Shown here piece by piece: positions 10,965 through 23,846 of a stretch of DNA of 64,000 bases (position 1 is the stretch's first letter; every line of letters starts with the position of its first letter). The notes below the pieces were generated by a model. It was not told the DNA's origin. It saw only the letters and a program-made list of their open reading frames with translations, and made no database searches. Both the position numbers and the translations under genes were made by a program. This stretch comes from Anaeramoeba ignava BMAN (Eukaryota; Protista; Anaeramoebae): positions 1 to 64,000 of the forward strand of contig JAPDFW010000126.1 in the NCBI GenBank assembly GCA_028826165.1. The letters are read 5' to 3'.

Positions 10965-13900
10965 TTAAAAATATATAAATAAATAAATAAAGAGAATCTA
11001 ATTTAATAAAATATTCCATTTTAAATAATAAATTTTAAATCATTTCTAAATTAAATCTAAATTAAATATAATTAAAAATAAAAATATTTCTTTATTAAAA
11101 AAATAAAACAATTTTAAATAAAAATATATAAATAAATAAATAAAGAGAATCTAATTTAATAAAATATTTCATTTTAAATAATAAATTTTAAATCATTTCT
11201 AAATTAAATCTAAATTAAATATAATTAAAAATAAAAATATTTCTTTATTAAAAAAATAAAACAATTTTGAATAAAAATATATAAATAAATAAATAAATAG
11301 AATCTAATTTAATAAAATATTTCATTTTAAATAATAAATTTTAAATTATTTCCAAATTAAATCAAAATTAAATATAATTAAAAATAAAAATATTTCTTTA
11401 TTAAAAAATGGAACAATTTTAAATAAAAATATATATATAAATAAATAAAGAGGATCTAATTTAATAAAATATTTCATTTTAAATAATAAATTTTAAATTA
11501 TTTCTAAATTAAATCTAAATTAAATATAATTAAAAATAAAAATATTTCTTTATTAAAAAAATAAAACAATTTAGATTAAAAATATATAAATAAATAAATA
11601 AAGAGAATCTAATTTAATAAAATATTTCATTTTAAAAATAAATTTTAAACCATTTCCAAATTAAATCAAAATTAAATATAATTAAAAATAAAAGATATTT
11701 CTTTATTAAAAAATAAAACAATTTTAAATAAAAATATATAAATAAATAAATAAAGAGAATCTAATTTAATAAAATATTTCATTTTAAAAATAAATTTTAA
11801 ATCATTTCTAAATTAAATCTAAATTAAATATAATTAAAAATAAAAATATTTCTTTATTAAAAAAATAAAACAATTTAGAATAAAAATATATAAATAAATA
11901 AATAAATAGAATCTAATTTAATAAAATATTTCATTTTAAAAATAAATTTTAAATCATTTCTAAATTAAATATAAATTAAATATAATTAAAAATAAAAATA
12001 TTTCTTTATTAAAAATAAAACAATTTAGATTAAAAATATATAAATAAATAAATAAAGAGAATCTAATTTAATAAAATATTTCATTTTAAATAATAAATTT
12101 TAAATCATTTCTAAATTAAATCTAAATTAAATATAATTAAAAATAAAAATATTTCTTTATTAAAAAAAATAAAACAATTTGGAATAAAAATATATAAATA
12201 AATAAATAAAGAGGATCTAATTTAATAAAATATTTCATTTTAAATAATAAATTTTAAATCATTTCTAAATTAAATCTAAATTAAAATATAATTAAAAATA
12301 AAAATATTTCTTTATTAAAAATAAAACAATTTAGATTAAAAATATATAAATAAATAAATAAAGAGAATCTAATTTAATAAAATATTTCATTTTAAATAAT
12401 AAATTTTAAATCATTTCTAAATTAAATATAAATTAAATATAATTAAAAATAAAAATATTTCTTTATTAAAAAAATAAAACAATTTAGATTAAAAATATAT
12501 AAATAAATAAATAAATAGAATCTAATTTAATAAAATATTTCATTTTAAAAATAAATTTTAAATCATTTCTAAATTAAATCTAAATTAAATATAATTAAAA
12601 AATAAAAATATTTCTTTATTAAAAAAATAAAACAATTTAGAATAAAAATATATAAATAAATAAATAAAGAGGATCTAATTTAATAAAATATTCCATTTTA
12701 AATAATAAATTTTAAAATCATTTCTAAATTAAATCCAAATTAAATATAATTAAAAATAAAAATATTTCTTTATTAAAAAAATAAAACAATTTAGAATAAA
12801 AATATATAAATAAATAAATAAAGAGAATCTAATTTAATAAAATATTCCATTTTAAATAATAAATTTTAAATCATTTCTAAATTAAATCAAAATTAAATAT
12901 AATTAAAAATAAAAATATTTCTTTATTAAAAAAATAAAACAATTTGGAATAAAAATATATAAATAAATAAATAAATAGGATCTAATTTAATAAAATATTT
13001 CATTTTAAATAATAAATTTTAAATCATTTCTAAATTAAATCTAAATTAAATATAATTAAAAATAAAAATATTTCTTTATTAAAAAAAATAAAACAATTTA
13101 GATTAAAAATATATAAATAAATAAATAAAGAGAATCTAATTTAATAAAATATTTCATTTTAAATAATAAATTTTAAATCATTTCTAAATTAAATCTAAAT
13201 TAAATATAATTAAAAATAAAAATATTTCTTTATTAAAAAAATAAAACAATTTGAATAAAAATATATAAATAAATAAATAAAGAGGATCTAATTTAATAAA
13301 ATATTCCATTTTAAATAATAAATTTTAAATCATTTCTAAATTAAATCCAAATTAAATATAATTAAAAATAAAAATATTTCTTTATTAAAAATAAAACAAT
13401 TTAGAATAAAAAATATATAAATAAATAAATAAAGAATCTAATTTAATAAAATATTCCATTTTAAATAATAAATTTTAAATCATTTCTAAATTAAATCAAA
13501 ATTAAATATAATTAAAAATAAAAATATTTCTTTATTAAAAATAAAACAATTTAGATTAAAAATATATAAATAAATAAATAAAGAGAATCTAATTTAATAA
13601 AATATTTCATTTTAAATAATAAATTTTAAATCATTTCTAAATTAAATCTAAATTAAATATAATTAAAAATAAAAATATTTCTTTATTAAAAATAAAACAA
13701 ATTTAAATAAAAATATATAAATAAATAAATAAAGAGGATCTAATTTAATAAAATATTTCTTTTTAAATAATAAATTTTAAATCATTTCTAAATTAAATCT
13801 AAATTAAATATAATTAAAAATAAAAATATTTCTTTATTAAAAAAATAAAACAATTTTTGAATAAAAATATATAAATAAATAAATAAATAGAATCTAATTT

Positions 13901-15045
13901 AATAAAATATTTCATTTTTAAATAATAAATTTTAAATTATTTCTAAATTAAATTCAAATTAAATATAAATAAAAATAAAAATATTTCTTTTATTAAAAAA
14001 ATAAAACAATTTTAAATAAAAATATATAAATAAATAAATAAAGAGAATCTAATTTAATAAAATATTTCATTTTAAATAATAAATTTTAAATTATTTCTAA
14101 ATTAAATTCAAATTAAATATAAATAAAAATAAAAATATTTCTTTATTAAAAAAATGAAACAATTTTGAATAAAAATATATAAATAAATAAATAAAGAGAA
14201 TCTAATCTAATAAAATATTTCATTTTTAAATAATAAATTTTAAATCATTTCTAAATTAAATCCAAATTAAATATAATTAAAAATAAAAATATTTCTTTAT
14301 TAAAAAAATAAAACAATTTTTTAAATAAAAATATATAAATAAATAAATAAAGAGAATCTAATTTAATAAAATATTTCTTTTTAAATAATAAATTTTAAAT
14401 CATTTCTAAATTAAATCCAAATTAAATATAATTAAAAATAAAAATATTTCTTTATTAAAAATAAAACAATTTTGAATAAAAATATATAAATAAATAAATA
14501 AAGAGAATCTAATCTAATAAAATATTTCATTTTAAATAATAAATTTTAAATTATTTCTAAATTAAATCAAAATTAAATATAATTAAAAATAAAAATATTT
14601 TTTTATTAAAAATAAAAACAATTTTTAAATAAAAATATATAAATAAATAAAAAAAAGAGGATCTAATTTAATAAAATATTTCATTTTAAATAATAAATTT
14701 TAAATCATTTCTAAATTAAAATCTAAATAAAAATAATTAAAAATAAAAATATTTCTTTATTAAAAAAATAAAACAATTTTAAATAAAAATATAATAAATA
14801 AATAAATAAATAGGATCTAATTTAATAAAATATTTCATTTTAAATAATAAATTTTAAATCATTTCTAAATTAAACCAAATTAAATATAATTAAAAATAAA
14901 AAAAAAAGAAAAAAAAATATTTTTGTGGAATAATAAATAAATAAAAAAAGGGGATCTAATTTAATAAAATATTTGAAAAAATTATTTTAAATTAAATCCA
15001 AAACAAATCCAAATTAAATATAATTAAAAAAAAAAAATATTTCTT
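10965..15045. repeat. AT-rich tandem satellite, ~153-bp unit x ~26 (about 4 kb)
   Basis: Unit aaaatatataaataaataaataaagagaatctaatttaataaaatatttcatttt...aaaacaattt repeats at about 153-bp spacing. The last units degrade into the kinase promoter. Confidence 0.95.
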
Positions 15046-15190
15046 TATAAAAAAAAAAAAGAAAAAAAAAATTGAAATTTTTCAAATCATTTTTTTCTTT
15101 TTTCATTTTTTCATTTTTTTTCTATCTTTTTTAAATTAACTTCAAAAAAAAATTACACAAAAAACAACGGACGAAAACAAAACGAACGAT

Positions 15191-16554
15191 ATGAGCATCT
15201 TCCCACACTCACATGGACAAACGGTGAAGATAACTTACAACAAAGATCGTGGACCAAAAAAATTATCGTACTACGAACTTGGCAAGGTTCTAGGGGAAGG
15301 ATCCTATGGAAAAGTGCGGGTTGCCACGGACGAACGAACGGGGCGGTATGTCGCAGTGAAGAAAATGCGACGGCGGAAACTGAAGAAAATTCCACACGGT
15401 GAAGAAAACGTTCAAAAAGAAATACAAGTGATGAAATTGATTTCACACAAAAACGTTGTTGAGTTAATAGAAGTAGTGGAGGACAAAGAGAAAGAGACTC
15501 TCTATGTTGTGCTCGAGTATATTCACGGAGGGTCTTTGAGAGAAATAATTGATTTTGTGACAGGAATTAATTACGATGACGCAATAACTGCAAATTATTG
15601 TCCCGATTCTGTCAATTCTGACAGCTATGCAATCCCTAAGCCAAAAAAACTGCTTCCTCTTTCACAGACACAGTATCTATTTCGCCAGATGCTTGAGGGG
15701 TTAGCCCACATACACAACGCAGGAGTGGTTCATCGCGATATAAAACCGGCAAATATGCTTGTCAGTGTGGAAAATGAATTGAAAATCACGGATTTCGGTG
15801 TTGCTGAAAAATTGGAGAAATCTTCAAACAATTCCGCCCAACCCATCGATTGGATCAAGACATCCTCTGCTGGATCCCCTGCCTTTCAACCCCCTCAAAT
15901 TGCTCGAGGAAACGAGTTTCTCCTCGGTTTCAAGTCAGACGTTTGGGCCCTCGGTATCACACCCTCTATTTAATGGTAACAGGCCGCTTTCCCTTTACTG
16001 GTCGCAACATATACAATCTCTATGAAAACGTTTCCCAGGGCAAATACCAAATTCCAGACTCCCTTGACCCTAATTTATCTGACTTGATCTCAAAACTTCT
16101 CGATCCTGATGAATCTCTTAGAATATCCGTCGACCAAGCCCTTGTTCATCCTTGGCTTCTCCAGACTCTTCCGGACGATCCATTCTTCTCCGTTCAGGAA
16201 ATACTCGACATTCGTCTGCAAAAGGAAAATAAATCCCCTTCAGATTCAGAAGTTGTGCAGGAACTTTCTTTTGATCCTCCTTTTGACGAAATGAAAAATT
16301 TTCAGAAAAATCTCAATCATAATTTTTCTGAAAATTCAGAAAATTCTCAAAATTCAGAAAATCAAAATCAAAATCAAAATCAAAATCAAAATCAAAATTC
16401 AGAAAATCAAAATCAAATTCAAAATTCAGAAAATCAAAATCAAAATAATCCAAAAAATAATACTAATATTGATGATATTGAAAACCCTTTAAATCCTAAT
16501 CTTCAACAATCTAAAAAACCACCTAAAACTTGTGGTTGTTGCATTCTTGTTTGA
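15191..16554 (+). CDS. STK11: LKB1/STK11-like Ser/Thr kinase with C-terminal CaaX; 2-bp frameshift at ~15959
   Basis: LKB1 hallmarks: LGEGSYGKV, KLKKIPHGEENVQKEI, HRDIKPANML, GSPAFQPP, GFKSDVWALGITLY, FPFTGRNIYNLYENV. Ends in CCILV. ORFs 15191 and 15850 join if the duplicated 'ac' in atc-ac-acc is removed, giving 453 aa. Confidence 0.8.
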
Positions 16555-16971
16555 TTTCTCTCATTTTTCTTTTGTTTTTTTATTGCACTTTTTTTTTACT
16601 TTCATTTTCCTTTTCCTTTTCCTTTTCCTTTTCCTTTTCATTCTTTCATTCTTTCATAGTTTTGAAAGAAATTTTTTTTTAATAATAATTTCCCTTTTTC
16701 TTGGAATAATTTTTAATTTTTAATTTTTAATTTTTTATTCCACTTTTTTTTTGCTTTTTTTTGCTTTTTTTTACTTTTTAAAAAAAAACTTTCAAAAGAA
16801 ATTTTTCTTTTGTTTTAATTTTTTTTTTTGAATTTTTGGAGACTTTTTCAATTCCAAACTAAATTCTTTTCTCAAAGAAACGAAAAAGAAAAAGAAGAAA
16901 AAAAAAAGAAACAGAAAAATGTTTTTTTTTTTTGAAAAATAACTTTGAATAAAATTGTGAGGTTTTTTCTC

Positions 16972-18423
16972 TTAATCTTGATTTGTATTTTCAATCTTTC
17001 TTTTATTCCTTTTTTGCTTTTTCATTTGAGCAACTTTATTAAGATAACCAGAACGAATAATCCATTTTGCAAGTTCGGGTGTACATCTTCCTTTTCGAAG
17101 AGAAGTAGAATTTGCTTTTTTCATCATTTGATACTTTGCAGGAAGTGTTGATTTTTTACAATGAGTGCGAATATTATTCTTGATATAAAGATAAATTATA
17201 ACTCCAAATGATGGATTTTTTCGGTTGATTTTTTCTTTTGGATTAAGTGGTTGCATCAGGAATTCTTGTATAATTTGTTCATCACTTGAAAGTGCTTCCA
17301 AATGATTTGGTTGATTCGCTTTTTGTTGCTCTTCATTCTCAAACTCGTTTTTTTCTTGTAATTTGTTTTCTCCAAAATTGAAATTATCATTTTCATTATC
17401 ATTTTCATTTTCATTTTCATTTTCATTTTCCAAATCGTTATCATTTTCATTATCATTTTCATTTTCAATTTCATTATCGCTTTCAGTTTCAGTTTCACTT
17501 TCTAGTTCTTTTTCCAGATTCAAAGATTTTTTTGGAATGTTGAATTCATTTTGATTTAAATTTTGATTTTCATTCAAATTTTCATTCAAATTTTCATCTT
17601 CATTTGTATTTTCTCCATTAAAATAATTAATTGCATCAAGAAACTCTTTTTCTTGATTTGATTTATATTCATCATTTGTATTTGAGAAAAATCTGCGAAC
17701 AAGTGATTCATTTGAGATGCTTTGATTGGCTAATGGATTAGAATATCTTTTCTCAGAAATGGAATTATCGAAATTACTTGGAATAAAGGAATTATCAAAT
17801 CGTGAATCAACAGGATTTCCACCTGAAAAAAGCATGTTTTGAATATTTGATTTTTCTGTTCTTGTATCAAATCCATTTTGGTTTGCTAAATCTGGAATTT
17901 CATATCTGTTTTCAAATATATTTACGTTGCTTGGGTCCTTGATTCCATAATTTTGTTTCATGTCATATTTATGCTCAAAATCTTGTTTAAGATCAATAGA
18001 ATCTTCTTCATTGGAAAATTTTTTTGAATTGAAATTTGGATTGAAATTTGGATTAAAATTTGAATTGAAATTTGAAGTTAAATTTCTGTTGTAATTTGAA
18101 TTGTAATTTGAATTGAAATTTGGACTGTAATTTGAATTGAAATTTGAGTTGTAATTTGGGTTAAAATTTGAATTGTAATTTGACTTAAAATTTGAATTTG
18201 GTTTTGAATTAAAATTTGAATTAAAATTTGTATTTGAATTTGAATTAAAATTCGCATTAAGATTTGTGTTTAAATTCGGATTTTCTGTTGTTTTGTTTTG
18301 TTTGTTATTTTCAATAAATGTTTCTTTTTCATTTGTTTGATTATTTGGAATTTCATTTATATTTTTGTTCTTTTCAATTTCATTTGATGATTTTTCTTGA
18401 TAAAATTGTGTAAAATGTTCCAT
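16972..18423 (-). CDS. Hypothetical N/E-rich protein with a short basic C-terminal domain
   Basis: 483-aa intronless ORF with (NSNF)n and (EN)n tracts. About 90 ordered residues at the C-terminus, with a KKQKRNKRK NLS-like motif. Confidence 0.7.
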   Translation of the reverse strand: MEHFTQFYQEKSSNEIEKNKNINEIPNNQTNEKETFIENNKQNKTTENPNLNTNLNANFNSNSNTNFNSNFNSKPNSNFKSNYNSNFNPNYNSNFNSNYSPNFNSNYNSNYNRNLTSNFNSNFNPNFNPNFNSKKFSNEEDSIDLKQDFEHKYDMKQNYGIKDPSNVNIFENRYEIPDLANQNGFDTRTEKSNIQNMLFSGGNPVDSRFDNSFIPSNFDNSISEKRYSNPLANQSISNESLVRRFFSNTNDEYKSNQEKEFLDAINYFNGENTNEDENLNENLNENQNLNQNEFNIPKKSLNLEKELESETETESDNEIENENDNENDNDLENENENENENDNENDNFNFGENKLQEKNEFENEEQQKANQPNHLEALSSDEQIIQEFLMQPLNPKEKINRKNPSFGVIIYLYIKNNIRTHCKKSTLPAKYQMMKKANSTSLRKGRCTPELAKWIIRSGYLNKVAQMKKQKRNKRKIENTNQD

Positions 18424-18863
18424 TTTTTTTTTTTAAATTCCAAAAAGAAAAATAAAAATAAAAATTAAAAATAAAAACAAAGAATAATTATTATTAAAAG
18501 AAATTAGGAAATAAAGAAAATAAAGAAAATAAAAAATTGAACAAATGAAATTAAATTTTTTTTCATTTTTTTTTTTAATTTTTTTTTTTTGCTTTTTTTT
18601 TATTTTCTTTTTTTAATTAAAAAAATTGACAGAAAATTAAATTAAATTTAATTAAAATTTAAATTAAAAATTTGATGAATTCTTTTATTAAAATAATATT
18701 CTCCTTTTTTTATTTAAATTTAAATTAAAAATAAAAATAAAAATAAAAATAAAAAAATGGATTAATTTTTCTCCTTTTTTTTTTATAATTAAAGAAAAAA
18801 TATTTTAAACAATAAAAATTATTTTTTTCATTTTTCTTTTCTTTTAATTTTCATTTATTTTTA

Positions 18864-21800
18864 ATGACAGATTGGGGTAATATTGCTCAACAAAAACCAA
18901 AAGAAACATTAGAAGAAATCTCCGATCAAATATTTCAAATTGATAAAAATAACCGACAATTAGAAGAATATATAAAGCAAATAGGAAAAAGCAAAGATGA
19001 TTCAAAATTAAGATCAAATCTTCAAAAAATTCGCAATTCTTCAAAAAAATTAGTTCAAAGTGTTAATGAAAAGCTTATGAAAGAAAAAAATAATCAAACT
19101 GATAAACATAAATGGGAAAAACTTTTTGCTCAATTTAATGATGTTTTAAAAAATTTTGAAAATTTATTTCGTGAATCAGTTAGAAAAGAAAGAGAAGTTA
19201 TACAAATTTTACAAGACAAAGGTTGATTTTATTTACAATTTATTTACAAATTTATTTACAAATTTATTTATAAATTTATTTACAAATTTATTTATAAATT
19301 TATTTATAATTTATTTACAAATATATTTACAATTTATTTATATATTTATTTACAAATTTATTTACAAATTTATTTATAATTTATTTATAATTTTATTTAC
19401 AAATTTATTTACATATTTATTTATAAATTTATTTATAATTTATTTATAAATTTATTTATAATTTATTTATAAATTTATTTATAATTTATTTATAATTTAT
19501 TTATAATTTATTTATAAATTTATTTATAATTTATTTATAAATTTATTTATAATTTATTTATAATTTTATTTACAAATTTATTTAAAATTTATTTACAAAT
19601 TTATTTACAAATTTATTTACAAATTTATTTATAATTTATTTATAATTTATTTATAAATTTATTTACAAATTTATTTACAAATTTATTTATAATTTTATTT
19701 ATAATTTTATTTACAAATTTATTTATAAATTTATTTACATAATTTATTTTATAAATTTATTTACAATTTATTTATAATTTATTTTATAAATTTATTTATA
19801 AATTTATTTACAATTTTATTTATTTATAAATTTATTTATAAATTTATTTACAAATTTATTTATAATTTATTTTATACAAATTTATTTATAAATTTATTTA
19901 CAAATTTATTTACAAATTTATTTATAAATTTATTTACAAATTTATTTATAAATTTATTTACAAATTTATTTATAATTTATTTTATAAATTTATTTTTAAA
20001 TTTTATTTACAAAATTTATTTACAAATTTATTTTATAATTTATTTATAAATTTATTTACAAATTTATTTATAATTTATTTATAAATTTATTTTACAATTT
20101 ATTTATAAATTTATTTATAATTTATTTTATAATTTTATTTACAAATTTATTTATAATTTATTTACAAATTTATTTATAATTTTATTTATAATTTATTTAC
20201 AATTTATTTATAATTTATTTATATAATTTATTTATAATTTATTTTATTTATAATTTATTTACAAATTTATTTATAAATTTATTTACAAATTTATTTTTAA
20301 TTTACAAATTTTTTTTTACAAATTTATTTATAATTTTTATTTATAAATTTATTTATAATTTATTTACAAATTTATTTACAATTTATTTATAAATTTATTT
20401 ACAAATTTATTTACAATTTATTTACAAATTTATTTAAATTTATAAATTTATTTACAAATTTATTTTACAAATTTATTTACAAATTTATTTACAAATTTAT
20501 TTACAATTTATTTACAAATTTATTTTATAATTTATTTATAATTTATTTTATAATTTATTTTATAAATTTATTTATAAATTTATTTATAAATTTATTTTAT
20601 AAATTTATTTATAATTTTATTTATAAATTTATTTTTACAAATTTATTTATAAATTTATTTATAAATTTATTTATAAATTTATTTTATAATTTATTTATAA
20701 ATTTATTTACAAATTTATTTATAAATTTATTTACAAATTTATTTATAAATTTATTTATAAATTTTATTTTACAAATTTATTTTACAAATTTATTTATAAA
20801 TTTATTTACAAATTTATTTATAATTTATTTATATAATTTATTTATAATTTATTTACAATTTATTTATAAATTTATTTATAATTTATTTACAAATTTATTT
20901 ACATAATTTATTTATAATTTATTTATAATTTATTTACAAATTTATTTATAAATTTATTTATAATTTATTTATAATTTTATTTATAATTTTATTTACAAAT
21001 TTATTTATAATTTATTTTACAAATTTATTATTTATTTATAATTTATTTATAATTTATTTTATAAATTTATTTATAATTTATTTACAAATTTATTTATAAT
21101 TTATTTATATAATTTATTTATAATTTATTTACAAATTTATTTATAAATTTATTTTATAATTTATTTATAAATTTATTTATATATTTTTATTTATATATTT
21201 ATTTATAAATTTATTTTAAATTTATTTATTAATTTATTTATAAATTTATTTTTATTTATTTATACAAATTTATTTATAAATTTATTTATAATTTATTTAT
21301 AATTTATTTATAATTTATTTATAATTTATTTTACAAATTTATTTATAAATTTATTTATTAATTTATTTATAAATTTTATTTATAAATTTATTTATTAATT
21401 TATTTATAAATTTATTTATAATTTATTTATAATTTATTTACAAATTTATTTATAATTTATTTATATTTTATTTACAAATTTATTTACAAATTTATTTTAT
21501 AATTTATTTATAATTTTACTATAATTTATTTACAAATTTATTTATAAATTTATTTACAAATTTATTTATAAATTTATTTATAATTTATTTACAAATTTAT
21601 TTATAATTTTATTTATAATTTATTTATAAACTTATTTACAATTTATTTATAAATTTATTTATAATTTATTTATAATTTATTTATTAAATTTATTTATAAA
21701 TTTATTTTACAAATTTATTTATAAATTTATTTTACAAATTTATTTACAAATTATTTACAAATTATTTATAAATTTATTTATAAATTTATTTATAATTTAT

Positions 21801-23669
21801 TTACAAATTTATTTTTATAATTTATTTATAAATTTATTTACAAATTTATTTACAATTTATTTACAAATTTATTTATAAATTTATTTATTATTTATTTTAA
21901 ATTTATTTACAAATTTATTTATAATTTATTTATAAATTTATTTATAAATTTATTTTACAAATTTATTTATAATTTTATTTTACAAATTTATTTTATAAAT
22001 TTATTTACAAATTTATTTATAATTTTATTTATAAATTTATTTACAAATTTATTTACAAGTTTATTTATTAATTTATTTATAGTTTATTTATTAATTTATT
22101 TACAATTTTATTTATAAATTTATTTATTAATTTATTTACAAATTTATTTATAATTTATTTATAAATTTATTTATAAATTTATTTATAAATTTATTTACAA
22201 ATTTATTTATAAATTTATTTACAAATTTATTTACAATTTTATTTACAATTTATTTATATAATTTATTTTATATATTTATTTTACAAATTTATTTATAAAT
22301 TTATTTATTAATTTTATTTACAATTTATTTATATAATTTTATTTATATAATTTATTTACAAATTTATTTACAAATTTATTTACAAATTTATTTTACAATT
22401 TAATTATAATTTTATTTACAAATTTATTTATAATTTATTTACAAATTTATTTTATAAATTTATTTTATAATTTATTTATAAATTTATTTTATAATTTATT
22501 TATAAATTTATTTATAACTTATTTACAAATTTATTTATAATTTATTTATAAATTTATAATTTATTTACAAATTTATTTACAAATTTATTTACAAATTTAT
22601 TTATAATTTTATTTACAAATTTATTTATAAATTTATTTTATAAATTTATTTATAATTTATTTATATATTTATTTATAATTTATTTATAATTTTGTTTTTA
22701 TAATTTATTTATAATTTATTTACAAATTTATTTATAATTTATTTACAATTTATTTATAATTTTATTTATAATTTATTTACAAATTATTTATAATTTATTT
22801 ATAATTTATTTATAAATTTATTTATAAATTTATTTACAATTTATTTCACAAATTTATTTACAAATTTATTTATAATTTATTTATAATTTTATTTATAAAT
22901 TTATTTATAATTTATTTACAAATTTATTTATAATTTATTTATAAATTTATTTTACAATTTTATTTACAAATTTATTTATAAATTTATTTATAAATTTATT
23001 TATAAATTTATTTATAATTTTATTTACAAATTTATTTATAATTTTATTTACAAATTTATTTAAAATTTATTTATAATTTTATTTACAATTTTATTTATAA
23101 TTTTATTTATAATTTATTTATAATTTATTTACAAATTTATTTAAAAATTTATTTACAAATTTATTTACAAATTTATTTATAATTTATTTACATAATTTAT
23201 TTATAATTTATTTTATATTGTAAAATTAAAAGAGGATAAAAAAGATCATGATCATGATAACGAATTTCAAATCCAAGAAGTCCAAAATTTTAATCAAACT
23301 GATTTGGAATTAATAGAAGAAAGAAATCGAGATCTTCAAAATTTAGAAGTTGATGTTCAAGAATTACATGAATTATTTATTGAAGTTGCTGCTTTAGTCA
23401 AAACTCAACAAAGTGGAATTGATCAAGTTGAACACAATGTTGAATCTGCTGATCATGATGTTGAAAAAGGAGTTGAAGAATTACAAAAAGTAAAAAAGAA
23501 AAAAAAAGCAAAAAATTTTCCCTAAAAAAAAAAAAATTTTTTCCCTTTTTGTTATTTTTATTTTTATTAGGCAAGTTTACTTCAAAAAGCTGCAAGATCT
23601 AAAATGTGTTGGATTATTATTTGTGTTATTATTATTGCTGTCATTTTTATGGCAATTTTTATCAGATAA
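18864..23669 (+). CDS. Syntaxin (Qa-SNARE, syntaxin-7/12/Pep12-like); 3 exons
   Basis: Exons 18864-19221, 23233-23488, 23571-23669 with consistent phases. Habc domain, SNARE motif IEERNRDLQNLEVDVQELHELF..QQSGIDQVEHNV, and C-terminal TM KMCWIIICVIIIAVIFMAIFIR. Confidence 0.9.
19222..23232 (+). repeat. 4.0-kb syntaxin intron made of an 11-12-bp microsatellite (tttattta[c/t]aaa)n
   Basis: GT at 19222, AG at 23231-23232. The interior is continuous repeat with almost no G. Confidence 0.9.
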
Positions 23670-23814
23670 TTTTCTCTTTTTCAAAAAATTACTTTCAAAA
23701 AAAATAATTTCAAAAACTTTTCAAAAATTATTTTAATTGATTCTTTTCTTTTCTTTGTTTTTTTTTTTTACAAACAAAATTAAAAAAGAAAAATTATTTT
23801 TTTTTTTGAATTTA

Positions 23815-23846
23815 TTTTTTTCATTTTTTTTTCATTTTCCATTTTA
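23815..23846 (+). promoter_or_regulatory. Initiator-like TCATTTT elements (one example of a window-wide motif)
   Basis: Tandem tcattttt immediately before ATG 23847. The same motif precedes most start codons on the coding strand. Confidence 0.6.

Noticed and set aside
10965-15045. CRISPR-like array
   Set aside because: Units repeat over their full length with no unique spacers, there are no cas genes, and the context is eukaryotic.
15950-15975. Programmed ribosomal frameshift or tiny intron in the LKB1-like gene
   Set aside because: There is no slippery heptamer and no GT-AG pair that restores the frame without deleting conserved residues. A dinucleotide duplication explains it.
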